DNA from: Campylobacter sp.
Lineage (GTDB): Bacteria; Campylobacterota; Campylobacteria; Campylobacterales; Campylobacteraceae
Direction: 5' to 3'
DNA: 32,000 bases
Assembly: GCF_052170435.1 (NCBI RefSeq)
Contig: NZ_JBQNAN010000007.1
Span: 14,275 to 46,274, forward strand
Shown: piece after piece, positions 19,346-30,046 of the stretch
Layout: each line of letters opens with the position of its first letter
Position numbering within the stretch: the first letter of the stretch is position 1
Translations under genes and position numbers: made by a program
The notes under the pieces: model-generated
Databases searched by the model: none
Told to the model about the DNA's origin: nothing
What the model saw: only the letters and a program-made list of their open reading frames with translations

Positions 19346-19966
19346 ATGCAAGTAACGCTTCTAAATTACACTCCGCTAAACATCTGCTCGCATGCGATCC
19401 GCACGTGTTGGCAAAGCTTTGAAAAAGGCGACAACGGCGGCGAAAAAGACATCGAGCTCATCGAGCGCGTCGGCAATAAATTTAAACACGCCAGTACGCT
19501 AGAGCACCTCTCCTACAACTTCTACATCCAAGGCATCTCGCGCGCCCTGCTGCAAGAGCTAGCCCGTCACCGCGTGGCGAGCCTCAGCGTCAAATCAACG
19601 CGATACACGCTAAAAGAGCTAAAAAAAGAGGCTAAATTTGAGCTTGGCGACTTTGAGCGGGCGGAGAGATTTATAGTATTGACGGGCGACGAAACGGTCG
19701 ATAACGCAAGCGTCAAAGCGCTAGAAAACCTGCGCGAAATCCTCGCAAACACCACAAAAAGCCTCGACATCGTCAAGTACTGCCTACCCGAGTGCTACAA
19801 AACCGAGCTCACGTGGAGCGTAAACGCGCGCAGTTTGCAAAATTTCCTCTCGCTTCGCAGCTCAAAATCGGCGCTTTGGGAGATCAGAAATCTCTCGCTA
19901 AAGCTTTACGAGTCGCTGCCGCAGGAGCATAAATTTATATTTGAGGATCACGTAAATCAGGAATAA
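19346..19966 (+). CDS. thyX: FAD-dependent thymidylate synthase ThyX
   Basis: 206 aa carrying the ThyX signature RHRxxSxxxxSxR (ARHRVASLSVKSTRY). Confidence 0.9.
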   Translation: MQVTLLNYTPLNICSHAIRTCWQSFEKGDNGGEKDIELIERVGNKFKHASTLEHLSYNFYIQGISRALLQELARHRVASLSVKSTRYTLKELKKEAKFELGDFERAERFIVLTGDETVDNASVKALENLREILANTTKSLDIVKYCLPECYKTELTWSVNARSLQNFLSLRSSKSALWEIRNLSLKLYESLPQEHKFIFEDHVNQE

Positions 19967-20060
19967 TAGAGCGCTTTGTGCCGCCTGCAAGCTACAAACA
20001 AATGCCGTGTGTAAATTTTACGTGTTTTTGGAAAATTTAAGGCAAAACTAGGAGCGATAA

Positions 20061-21078
20061 ATGGGACTGTTTGACATTTTTAAAAATCAAAGAATTGACA
20101 TTGACGTGCGCCCAGACGGCGTTTTCATCGGCGGCGTAAACTGCGGGTTTGATCTAGCTAAATTTAACAAAGCCCTAGGTCAGCCGCGCGTGATTGATGA
20201 CGGTGAGGGCAAAAGCCGTTATTTTTGGGATGAGGCGGGGATTTTCGCCTTCGTGCGCACAAATGAGCTCGCAGAGCCGAAGCTTGCTGAGATAAACTTG
20301 ATGCTTGAGGTCGCAAAGGGCGTGCAGCACGAGGTTCCGCGCAAGCTCTACGGCGGCGCATTCGCGCTTGAGGGCAGGCCGCCGCTTGAGGCCGTGCCGG
20401 AGCAGGAGCTGCGCGGCGCATATATATTTTTGGAGCTTAGCCTAGGTAAATTCGAAGTCTCGCTAGCTCTAGCCGAGGCCGTGCAGGAGCGCATAGGCGC
20501 GATGGACTTCGCCGAGCGCTTCGCTAAGCGCGACACCGACGAGATCGCAGACATCGTGCGAGCTGCGAAAATGCCGATAGGGCGCGTCTGCATCAATCAA
20601 AAAGAGAAAAAGGTAAAGCGCAGGCCGAGCGATAAATTTAAGCTTCCGCGCGTGGCCGACGAGACGCTAGCGTTTAAAAATTTCAATTTCAAAAATCGCC
20701 GTGATGAACGAGCTGATGTATAAAAAAGCCCTGCTACAGCCCAAATTTGACGTGTTTGAGTACTGCTAGGAGCGCGGCATCGATCCGTACGCGGATTTCG
20801 GCGCGCTGCCGCAAGCCAAAAAGTGGTTTAAGGACTATCCGGTTCCTGCAAATCTGGCGGAGCAGGTGAGCGAGCTCTATCTTGACGGCGGAAACGAAAT
20901 TTACCTGCAAATCGCGCCTGATTGGGACGGCGAGGACGAGCTTTTTGACATCAAAAACATCGATGCTGCCGAGCTTGCACCCTTCAAAAATCTTAAAAAA
21001 ATCGAAACGACCGGCATCAGTATATCGAAAAAGGCGCGAAAAGTTTGCGCTGATGAGGGGATCGAGGTAGTTGATTGA
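20061..21078 (+). pseudogene. Disrupted gene for a conserved hypothetical protein of about 339 aa (one frameshift plus one in-frame TAG)
   Basis: The 220-aa ORF (20061-20723) shifts frame at the A5 run 20691-20695. Removing one A would read ...FKNFNFKIAVMNELMYKKALLQPKFDVFEYC. That frame hits TAG at 20767-20769, then continues in the same frame into the 70-aa ORF (20866-21078, SELYLDGGNEIYLQIAPDWDGEDELFDI). Confidence 0.6.
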
Positions 21079-21170
21079 GCGCGGAGATAAATTTTAAGCA
21101 ATCAAATTTTACGCTCAAAAATGGCAAAATTTGAAGTCAAATTTTACTAAAAAATAAGCAAAATTTGAGC

Positions 21171-21644
21171 TTATTTTAAACGTAGATTATTCGCATGCGT
21201 TAGCGCGATAGCGATGGCATCGGTGATATCAAGCGGTTTGATCTCCTTTGTGATACCGAGAATTTTTTTAACCATAAAGGCCACTTGCTCTTTATCGGCC
21301 TTGGCTTTGCCCGTGACGGTTTTTTTGACCTGAAGCGGCGTATACTCGGCAAAATCGCCGTGAAGCTGCAAAATTTTAAGACTGAGCGCCCCTCGAAACT
21401 GCGCGAGTTTCAAAACCGTTTTTGGATTATAAGCGAAAAATATGTCCTCGATCGCCACTTCGTCAAATTTATGATTTTTAAAAATCAGGTCAAGTCCCTC
21501 GCAAAGTTCGGTGATTTGATACTGCAAAGAATTCGGTTTTATTTTGATTAGTCCCGCCTCGATCAAAACAGTTTTCACGGGCGTTTTTTCGACGATCGCA
21601 TAGCCGCAATTTCGCGATCCCGGATCGATTCCTAAAATTTTCAT
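21171..21644 (-). CDS. ruvC: Holliday-junction resolvase RuvC
   Basis: 157 aa. N-terminus [17 protein letters not shown] with the catalytic Asp, and the typical RuvC length. It sits divergent from dnaA, as in other epsilonproteobacteria. Confidence 0.9.
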   Translation of the reverse strand: MKILGIDPGSRNCGYAIVEKTPVKTVLIEAGLIKIKPNSLQYQITELCEGLDLIFKNHKFDEVAIEDIFFAYNPKTVLKLAQFRGALSLKILQLHGDFAEYTPLQVKKTVTGKAKADKEQVAFMVKKILGITKEIKPLDITDAIAIALTHANNLRLK

Positions 21645-21660
21645 CTTGTCCTTTTCAACG

Positions 21661-21690
21661 GTTTTTCACGCTTTTTTCACGGCGTGAAAA
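21661..21690. promoter_or_regulatory. Cluster of three DnaA-box-like sites (TTCAC core) upstream of dnaA
   Basis: GTTTTTCACG (TTCAC 21665-21669), TTTTTTCAC (21676-21680) and inverted GTGAAAAAC (GTGAA 21684-21688). The last two form a near-palindrome, TTTTTCAC-GGC-GTGAAAAA, about 70-90 nt before the dnaA start. Confidence 0.6.
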
Positions 21691-21757
21691 ACGAATTTCA
21701 ACGCCATTTTAACAAATTTAAGATAAAATCTAGCGAATTAATCTTAAAGGCAAAAAT

Positions 21758-23068
21758 TTGGTCGCAAACGAGGTTTTGGAGCTACTTTCCAAAGAAATTT
21801 TACCGTCGGAATTTGAATGCTACATCAAGCAGCTTAAATTTAACGAAAAAAGCTCAAATTCGACGAACGTCGTATTTAACGCGCCAAACGAGATTATCGC
21901 CAAATTTATCCAGACCAAATACGCCTCAAAAATCGCTCATCTTTTTGAAGTAAAAACCGGACAAAAGCCCGTAATCAACGTCCTAGCCGCGACCAAAACG
22001 CAAAGCAAACCGGCTAAAAAAGTGGACGTCAAAGAGATAAAAGCGCAAAGCAGCCTGCTAAATCCAAGCTACACGTTTGAAAATTTCGTCGTCGGCGACT
22101 CAAATCAATTTGCATTTTTAAGCGCGAAAGCCGTATCCGAGCAGCTGGGTAAAATTTACAATCCGCTTTTTATCTACGGCCCGACGGGACTTGGCAAAAC
22201 TCACCTTTTGCAATCAGTCGGAAATTTTTGCCTAAACGGCGGCAAAATGGTTATTTGCGTCACGAGCGAGCAGTTTATCACGGACTTTACTTATAATCTC
22301 AACAACCACTCGATGGAGCGATTTCGCGAAAAGTACCGAAACTGCGATGTTTTACTCATCGATGACGTACAGTTTTTAGGTAAAACGGATAAAATCCAAG
22401 AGGAGTTTTTCCATACGTTTAACGAACTTCACGCTAAAAACGGACAGATCGTGATGACTTCAGACCGTCAACCAAAGCTACTAAAAGGCTTTGAAGATAG
22501 GCTAAGAACGCGTTTTGAGTGGGGTATCATCGCCGATATCACGCCGCCCGAGCTTGATACTAAAATCGCAATCATCAAGAAAAAGTGCGAATTTGATAAA
22601 ATTTATCTTGGTACCGACGTCATAAACTACATCGCTACAAACATGGGCGACAACATCCGAGAAATCGAAAGCGCGATAATTAATTTAAACGCTTACGCAA
22701 GGCTGATGAGGCAGGAAATCACTCTAGAATTTGCCAAAAATATCCTGCGCGATCAGATAAAAGAGAAACGTGAAAATATAAACCTAGAAAATATCGTTGA
22801 AATCGTAAGCAAAGAACTAAACGTCAAACCAAGCGAGATGAAAAGCAAATCACGCTCGAAAAATATCGTCGAGGCTAGACGCATCGTGATATATCTGGCT
22901 AAAAATTTGACGCCAAACTCGATGCCGCAGATCGCGCAGTTTTTTAACATGAAAGATCACTCCGCCGTAAGCCACAGTATAAAAAAAATAAACGAACTAA
23001 TTGAAACGAATGAATATTTTAAAGTTCGCGTCGAAGAACTAAAGAATAAAATTTTAACCAAAGAGTAA
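21758..23068 (+). CDS. dnaA: Chromosomal replication initiator DnaA
   Basis: 436 aa. Walker A GPTGLGKTH, Walker B LLIDDVQF, and the C-terminal DNA-binding signature MKDHSAVSH. The N-terminus aligns residue for residue with C. jejuni DnaA (…LKFNEK…VFNAPNE…AKFIQTKY), which supports the TTG start at 21758. Confidence 0.95.
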   Translation: MVANEVLELLSKEILPSEFECYIKQLKFNEKSSNSTNVVFNAPNEIIAKFIQTKYASKIAHLFEVKTGQKPVINVLAATKTQSKPAKKVDVKEIKAQSSLLNPSYTFENFVVGDSNQFAFLSAKAVSEQLGKIYNPLFIYGPTGLGKTHLLQSVGNFCLNGGKMVICVTSEQFITDFTYNLNNHSMERFREKYRNCDVLLIDDVQFLGKTDKIQEEFFHTFNELHAKNGQIVMTSDRQPKLLKGFEDRLRTRFEWGIIADITPPELDTKIAIIKKKCEFDKIYLGTDVINYIATNMGDNIREIESAIINLNAYARLMRQEITLEFAKNILRDQIKEKRENINLENIVEIVSKELNVKPSEMKSKSRSKNIVEARRIVIYLAKNLTPNSMPQIAQFFNMKDHSAVSHSIKKINELIETNEYFKVRVEELKNKILTKE

Positions 23069-23205
23069 AAACGTGAATAAAAGTGAAAAAATAAACCGTT
23101 TTTTTAACGCCGCAAACGTCCTATTTAAAGAAAATAAAAGCTATTTTAAACTTTTCACGCCCCCTACTAATGCTACTAAAAGAAATTTAAAAACAAAGGA
23201 AAAAA
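23069..23205. other. Candidate oriC core (dnaA-dnaN intergenic region): DnaA-box-like sites plus an AT-rich stretch
   Basis: GTGAA cores at 23073-23077 and 23083-23087, and a TTCAC core at 23154-23158. They flank an AT-rich run (about 23121-23152, CTATTTAAAGAAAATAAAAGCTATTTTAAA). Epsilonproteobacterial origins have been mapped next to dnaA with TTCAC-core boxes. Confidence 0.55.
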
Positions 23206-24273
23206 ATGAAAGTCGCAATTAACAAAAATGCTTTAGAGAGCATCGTAACAAATACCAATCCTTACCTAGAAAAAAAGGATCTAAGCGCTATAACTTCGCA
23301 TATATTTATCAGCGCTAAAGACGGTATCCTAAATATTAAAGCAACTGACCACGAGATCGGCCTAGCATATAAACTCTCAAACGTCAAAATCATGGACGAA
23401 GGAAATGCTACTGCTAACGGTAAAAAACTGCTTGACATCATAAGAAGCCTAAAAGACGAGGAAGTAACGCTAGAGACGCTAAATAACTATCTCTACATAA
23501 AGCAAAAAAACTCAAAATATAAACTTCCAATGTATAAATTTGAGGATTTTCCAAATTTTCCGACCATAAAAAATAAAAATAAATTTGAAATCGACGCAGT
23601 AATGCTTGGAAGAAGTTTAAAGAAAATTTTTCCAAGCATTGATAACAACAACCCTAAATTTGAGCTAAACGGCGCATTTATCGACATCAAGCAAAACTAC
23701 ATAAACATAGTCGGTACCGATACTAAAAGGCTTAGCGTATTTAGATTTGAAACGCCTACTCAGAGCGAATTTTCGCTAATAATACCAAAAAAAGCCATTA
23801 GCGAGATACAAAAACTATTTTTTGACAAGATCGAAATTTACTACGATGAAACGACTCTGATCGCTCAAAGCGCAAATTTCGAGTTTTTCACAAAGCTAAT
23901 AAACGGCAGATTCCCCGACTACAACAGAGTAATCCCGCAAGAGATAAAACGAAGACTAAGACTAAGCAGAGATAAGATGATAGAAGGCATCAAAACCGTC
24001 TCAATCATCTCCGAGAGCACGAAAATCGTATTTGCGCCTCAGACCATAAGCTTTGAAAGTATCGTAGAAGATAACTCGGAGGCCAAAACTACGATAGAAT
24101 TTGCAACGGGACTAGAAGAAGAAATCTACGTCGGCGTGAAAAATAGATACTTGCTTGATTTCCTACAAAGCATCGAAGAGGAACATTTCGAATTTGGATT
24201 TAACGACTCGAATTTAGCCTTTACGGTGAGCTCAAACGAGCTAAAAACGGTAATCATGCCGATAAATTTATAA
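23206..24273 (+). CDS. dnaN: DNA polymerase III beta sliding clamp
   Basis: 355 aa, in the canonical position between dnaA and gyrB. Three-domain clamp length. RBS AAAGGA. Confidence 0.92.
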   Translation: MKVAINKNALESIVTNTNPYLEKKDLSAITSHIFISAKDGILNIKATDHEIGLAYKLSNVKIMDEGNATANGKKLLDIIRSLKDEEVTLETLNNYLYIKQKNSKYKLPMYKFEDFPNFPTIKNKNKFEIDAVMLGRSLKKIFPSIDNNNPKFELNGAFIDIKQNYINIVGTDTKRLSVFRFETPTQSEFSLIIPKKAISEIQKLFFDKIEIYYDETTLIAQSANFEFFTKLINGRFPDYNRVIPQEIKRRLRLSRDKMIEGIKTVSIISESTKIVFAPQTISFESIVEDNSEAKTTIEFATGLEEEIYVGVKNRYLLDFLQSIEEEHFEFGFNDSNLAFTVSSNELKTVIMPINL

Positions 24274-24288
24274 AAATAAAAAAGGTAA

Positions 24289-26601
<2,313 letters not shown>

Positions 26602-26602
26602 A

Positions 26603-27994
26603 ATGCTAAAATCAGAACTAAAAGAACGATCAAACAGGTTTAAAACTGCGCTTGAAATTTCTTCTATTTTTATTTTAAGCATTATCATTTTGATGTATAT
26701 TTTCGTTAAAAAAGATGATATAGATTTTGACGTCAACGACATCATTTTGATCACTATTTTGGTTCTATGTCAGGTTTATTTTACGGCTTATAAAATTTAT
26801 CAGAGCTTTCAAACAAGCGTTCTTGATCAAGTTACGAAAGCCTATAATAGGGATGAAATTTTAAAACTTCTGTTAAAACAAGCTTTCAAATTTAAAGGCA
26901 AAAGCGGCGGCAATATGCTAATACTGAAGATCGAAAATTTAAACGATCTAAACGAACGTTATAGCTTTGTTAGCACCGATATTTTGCTAAAACGACTAGT
27001 CGAGCGGCTGGAGAAATTTCTAAACGAAAAAGTGTCTAAAAACACTCTCATCGGTAGATATTCAAACGAATATTTTCTAATCTTTTGCGAGAGTAAAAGT
27101 ACAGAGCTAATCCATCTTTTAAACGTTTTTGAAAAGAGCATTTTAAGCGACGGAATCTACAATATCGAGCTAAAGATCAAATTTGACGCTATCGACATAA
27201 ATCACTCCGCAAGCCTCAAAAATTCGGTTTCTTATCTCATCCAAAAGCTAAACGAGAGCGATAACGAAGATAAAGTAGATATCACCGACGATCTTGAAAA
27301 AGACGTCTGTAACTGCATCGATATGCAAAGATTTATCTTCCAAACTCAGCTCGTTAAAAGCCTTCGTTTCGGGCAAAATTTAAAAAATATCATCGTAAAA
27401 GTCTATACCGATAAACAAGGGCTAGTTTCAAAAGCAAAGGTGCAAAATATCGCGAACAAAAACGGCTATGAGGTACTTTTTGACATAAACGTCATCAAAA
27501 AGCTATCCGAGCTTAAATTTAAAGACGAAGATCCGCTCGTGGTCGAAATTTCGTCGGTTTCGATTAGAAATTTAAAATTTACGAATTTTATAAAAGAGTT
27601 CGTACAGCTAGGTAAAATCGATCCAAACCGCGTTATTTTCGAGTTTAGCGAGAAGTTAGTATATGACGAGATAAATAGATTTAGAGAGATTTTAACGGAG
27701 TATAAAAATCTAGGTTTTCGTTTCGCGCTTAATAAATTCGGCGGTAACAACGCGGGCTTTGAATATTTTAAATATTTGCCGATAGATTTTGTTATCTACG
27801 ACATAGAATTTAACAAAAATATCAAAAACGACAAATTTAAAACTCTGTTAGAAAATCTAAATTTGACCGCAAAAAGATTAGGCGTGAAGACTATTGTGAG
27901 ATTTGTGGAGAACGAGGAGTTCTTTAACGTCGCGGAGCGTTATCAGACCGACTTCGCGCAGGGCTTTTTCATAGAGAAGCCAAAAGAAATTTAA
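26603..27994 (+). CDS. Membrane-anchored protein with degenerate GGDEF-like and degenerate EAL-like domains
   Basis: 463 aa with two N-terminal hydrophobic helices. GGDEF-domain landmarks are present (AYNRDEI, IGRYSNEYFLIF in place of RxGGDEF). EAL-domain landmarks are present (IFEFSE, FALNKFGG in place of DDFG, VRFVENEE in place of EGVE, AQGFFIEKP). The ATG lies 1 nt after the gyrB stop. Confidence 0.72.
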   Translation: MLKSELKERSNRFKTALEISSIFILSIIILMYIFVKKDDIDFDVNDIILITILVLCQVYFTAYKIYQSFQTSVLDQVTKAYNRDEILKLLLKQAFKFKGKSGGNMLILKIENLNDLNERYSFVSTDILLKRLVERLEKFLNEKVSKNTLIGRYSNEYFLIFCESKSTELIHLLNVFEKSILSDGIYNIELKIKFDAIDINHSASLKNSVSYLIQKLNESDNEDKVDITDDLEKDVCNCIDMQRFIFQTQLVKSLRFGQNLKNIIVKVYTDKQGLVSKAKVQNIANKNGYEVLFDINVIKKLSELKFKDEDPLVVEISSVSIRNLKFTNFIKEFVQLGKIDPNRVIFEFSEKLVYDEINRFREILTEYKNLGFRFALNKFGGNNAGFEYFKYLPIDFVIYDIEFNKNIKNDKFKTLLENLNLTAKRLGVKTIVRFVENEEFFNVAERYQTDFAQGFFIEKPKEI

Positions 27995-28003
27995 AGGAAA
28001 AAA

Positions 28004-28711
28004 ATGCAAGAAAATGAGGTCGTAGAGCCAAAATACGGCGAGAAAATAATAAACGAATTTGATGTAGAAAAAGACCTGGAAATCTGGGAAAACAAGCACG
28101 AGCGCGACTATAAGATCAAGATCACGCTGCCGGAGTTTTGTTGCTTATGCCCGCGCTCTGGGTATCCAGACTTTGCGACGATATATCTTGAGTATGTGCC
28201 GGCTAAATTCGTCGTCGAGCTAAAGGCGATCAAACTCTACGTCAATAGCTTCATGACGCGAAACATCAGCCATGAAGATAGCATAAACGAAATTTACGGC
28301 GTTTTAGAGCGAAAACTGGCGCCAAAATGGATGAAGATCACAGGCGACTTTAACCCGCGAGGCAACGTCCATACGGTGATCGAAATTTGCTCGGACGAGA
28401 TAATCAAAAAAACGCAAGATCAAAGCTTTGAAGCGCCGAAATTTGAGAAATTTACGCGAGATGGCGATCGAAGTTTTGGTATAGGCGGTTATGGAGCACG
28501 CGAGTCTAAATTTAGCAAAGACGGCTCTCGCGGTAAGAGTTTTGGAGCTGGTAAAAGAGATACAAAAACAGGCGATAAAAAACCTCGCGAGAGCAAAGAT
28601 AAATTTGACGACAAGCCGCGAAAAACAGGCAATAAAGAGGGCTTTAAAAAGCCTGAATTTGCCGGCGAAAAGCGTGCTCGCGTCGTGAAAAAATCATCGG
28701 AAGATAAATGA
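28004..28711 (+). CDS. queF: NADPH-dependent 7-cyano-7-deazaguanine (preQ0) reductase QueF, type I core with a C-terminal basic low-complexity extension of about 105 aa
   Basis: Residues 1 to about 130 carry the catalytic Cys motif CPRSGYPDF and the QueF motif ELKAIKLY. Residues 131-235 are K/G/D/F/R/S-rich (SFGIGGYGARESKFSKDGSRGKSFGAGKRDTKTGDKKPRESKDKFDDKPRKTGNKEGFKKPEF). Confidence 0.85.
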   Translation: MQENEVVEPKYGEKIINEFDVEKDLEIWENKHERDYKIKITLPEFCCLCPRSGYPDFATIYLEYVPAKFVVELKAIKLYVNSFMTRNISHEDSINEIYGVLERKLAPKWMKITGDFNPRGNVHTVIEICSDEIIKKTQDQSFEAPKFEKFTRDGDRSFGIGGYGARESKFSKDGSRGKSFGAGKRDTKTGDKKPRESKDKFDDKPRKTGNKEGFKKPEFAGEKRARVVKKSSEDK

Positions 28712-29937
28712 TAAGCGCGCAGCTGATCGAGCACATCTTTAAAGCCGCGTCCATCTCGCGCTGGAACGACTATCCGAAGATGACGAATTTAGTCGAGCTT
28801 GATAAGCAAGCGCATAAATTTATCATCGCGTATTTCATCGCAAAGCTCGAGTATAATGCCGATATGAACTACATCATCGAGGCGGGTATTTTCGAGTTTC
28901 TCGCGCGAGTAGTCGTCACGGATATACGCCCGGACGTGTTTCATCAGATGCAAAAAACCAAAAACGAGCAGATAAACGCCTGGGTGCTAACGATCCTAGA
29001 AGGGCTCGTAAAGGACGTCGAGGGCGGTAAATTTTTAGAGCGGATGCGCCGCTATCTCACGCATAAAGACAAGGCTCACGCCAAAGAGCGCCTGATCCTA
29101 AAGGCCGCTAGCTATCTCGCGACGCGCTGGGAGTTTTCGATCGTTTATCAAACGAGCAAATTTTTAAGCGACATAGACGAGCTAAAAGCGCGCGTGGAGG
29201 AGGAGCTGGAGGATTATTACGAGCTAATAGGCGTGCGCAAAATCGTCATGAATCAAAAGCTAGCCAAGCTAGTAGATCTAGCCGGCAGACTGCGCTTTCA
29301 AAAGCGCTGGGCACAGACGCCTCGCATCCCTGAAACGGCAGTGCTTGGTCACATGCTAGTCGTGGCGATTTTGAGTTATTTTTACTCTCTTGAGGTTAAG
29401 GCCTGCAAAACGAGGCTAGAAAATAACTTCTTTTGCGCGCTCTTTCACGATCTGCCAGAGTCGCTAACGCGCGATATCATTAGCCCCGTAAAATACGGTA
29501 TCGAAGGGCTAAACGAGATAATCAGCGAATACGAAATGCGCCTGATAGACGAGAAAATTTTGCCTTTCGTGCCTGAAAATTTTAGAGACGAGTTTAGCTA
29601 TATCCTCGGTATCCGTATGGAAGGCGGCAAATTTATCAAAAACGAGTTTGAAAACAGGATCTGCGAGAAAAAGCCTCTGCACCACGAGGGCACGATGGAG
29701 AACGTAAACGAGGATAAATTTAACGCAATCGACGGCAAAGCGCTCAAATTTTGCGATAAGCTCGCTGCATTTTTCGAGGCGGGGATCTCGATCAGCTACG
29801 GCGTGAAGTCGAATGAACTAACCGAAGGCTTTAATAATATGGATAAATTTTTTCAGAAAAATCAGAGCTTGGACGGAGTGAATTTTTTAAAAGTTTGCGA
29901 TGATTTTAAGGAGCATTTTTCGCTTTTGCAGGTTTAA
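28708..29937 (+). CDS. HD-domain phosphohydrolase built from two YfbR-like (5'-nucleotidase-type) modules, with the first degenerate
   Basis: 409 aa. The C-terminal module carries RWAQTPRIPETAVLGHMLVVA and FHDLPESLTRDIISPVK (compare E. coli YfbR RWPLMR...SEHS and YHDASEVLTGDLPTPVK). The N-terminal module carries RWNDYPKM...AHKF and FEFLARVVVTDIRPDV, with HD replaced. A 4-nt ATGA overlap joins it to queF. Confidence 0.72.
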   Translation: MISAQLIEHIFKAASISRWNDYPKMTNLVELDKQAHKFIIAYFIAKLEYNADMNYIIEAGIFEFLARVVVTDIRPDVFHQMQKTKNEQINAWVLTILEGLVKDVEGGKFLERMRRYLTHKDKAHAKERLILKAASYLATRWEFSIVYQTSKFLSDIDELKARVEEELEDYYELIGVRKIVMNQKLAKLVDLAGRLRFQKRWAQTPRIPETAVLGHMLVVAILSYFYSLEVKACKTRLENNFFCALFHDLPESLTRDIISPVKYGIEGLNEIISEYEMRLIDEKILPFVPENFRDEFSYILGIRMEGGKFIKNEFENRICEKKPLHHEGTMENVNEDKFNAIDGKALKFCDKLAAFFEAGISISYGVKSNELTEGFNNMDKFFQKNQSLDGVNFLKVCDDFKEHFSLLQV

Positions 29938-30046
29938 AAAACCCTCTCTCAGATGACTGCGGCACACGCCTAGCCTAAGTGCTCTGCTGTGTTCCCACCC
30001 TGAAGCGGTGCCTAGAAGAGACATTGCACAGGTCTAAGAAAGGGCA
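29938..30046 (-). ncRNA. ffs: Signal recognition particle RNA (4.5S RNA, small bacterial SRP type)
   Basis: On the minus strand, CUUCAGGGUG-GGAA-CACAGCAGAGC reproduces the SRP domain IV pattern (AGG ... GNRA tetraloop ... AGCA). GGCGUGUGCCG resembles the E. coli 4.5S 3' arm. Terminal helix CCCUUUCUUAGA/UCUGAGAGAGGG has 2 G-U pairs and is followed by a U6 run. TAAAAT (-10, 30058-30053) lies about 7 nt upstream. Ends are approximate. Confidence 0.8.

Noticed and set aside
20061-21078. High GC content of the disrupted gene as evidence for horizontal acquisition.
   Set aside because: Core genes in the same window are just as GC-rich: one sampled ilvD line is about 72 % GC, and by eye pyrG and yedE are similarly GC-rich. 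GC content alone therefore does not mark this locus as foreign.
21684-21953. 89-aa ORF starting in the ruvC-dnaA spacer and overlapping the dnaA 5' end in another frame.
   Set aside because: The dnaA frame aligns residue for residue with Campylobacter DnaA from the TTG at 21758. The alternative frame is low-complexity (Ser/Arg/Lys) and starts inside the DnaA-box cluster.
28491-28688. A 65-aa alternative-frame ORF, and the 81-aa antisense ORF at 28489-28734, inside the queF tail region. These raised the possibility that the tail is a frameshift artefact or a separate gene.
   Set aside because: The queF frame runs uninterrupted from the catalytic core through the tail and ends in an ATGA overlap with the next gene. 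The alternative frames have no RBS. The artefact possibility is kept as a check under the QueF finding.
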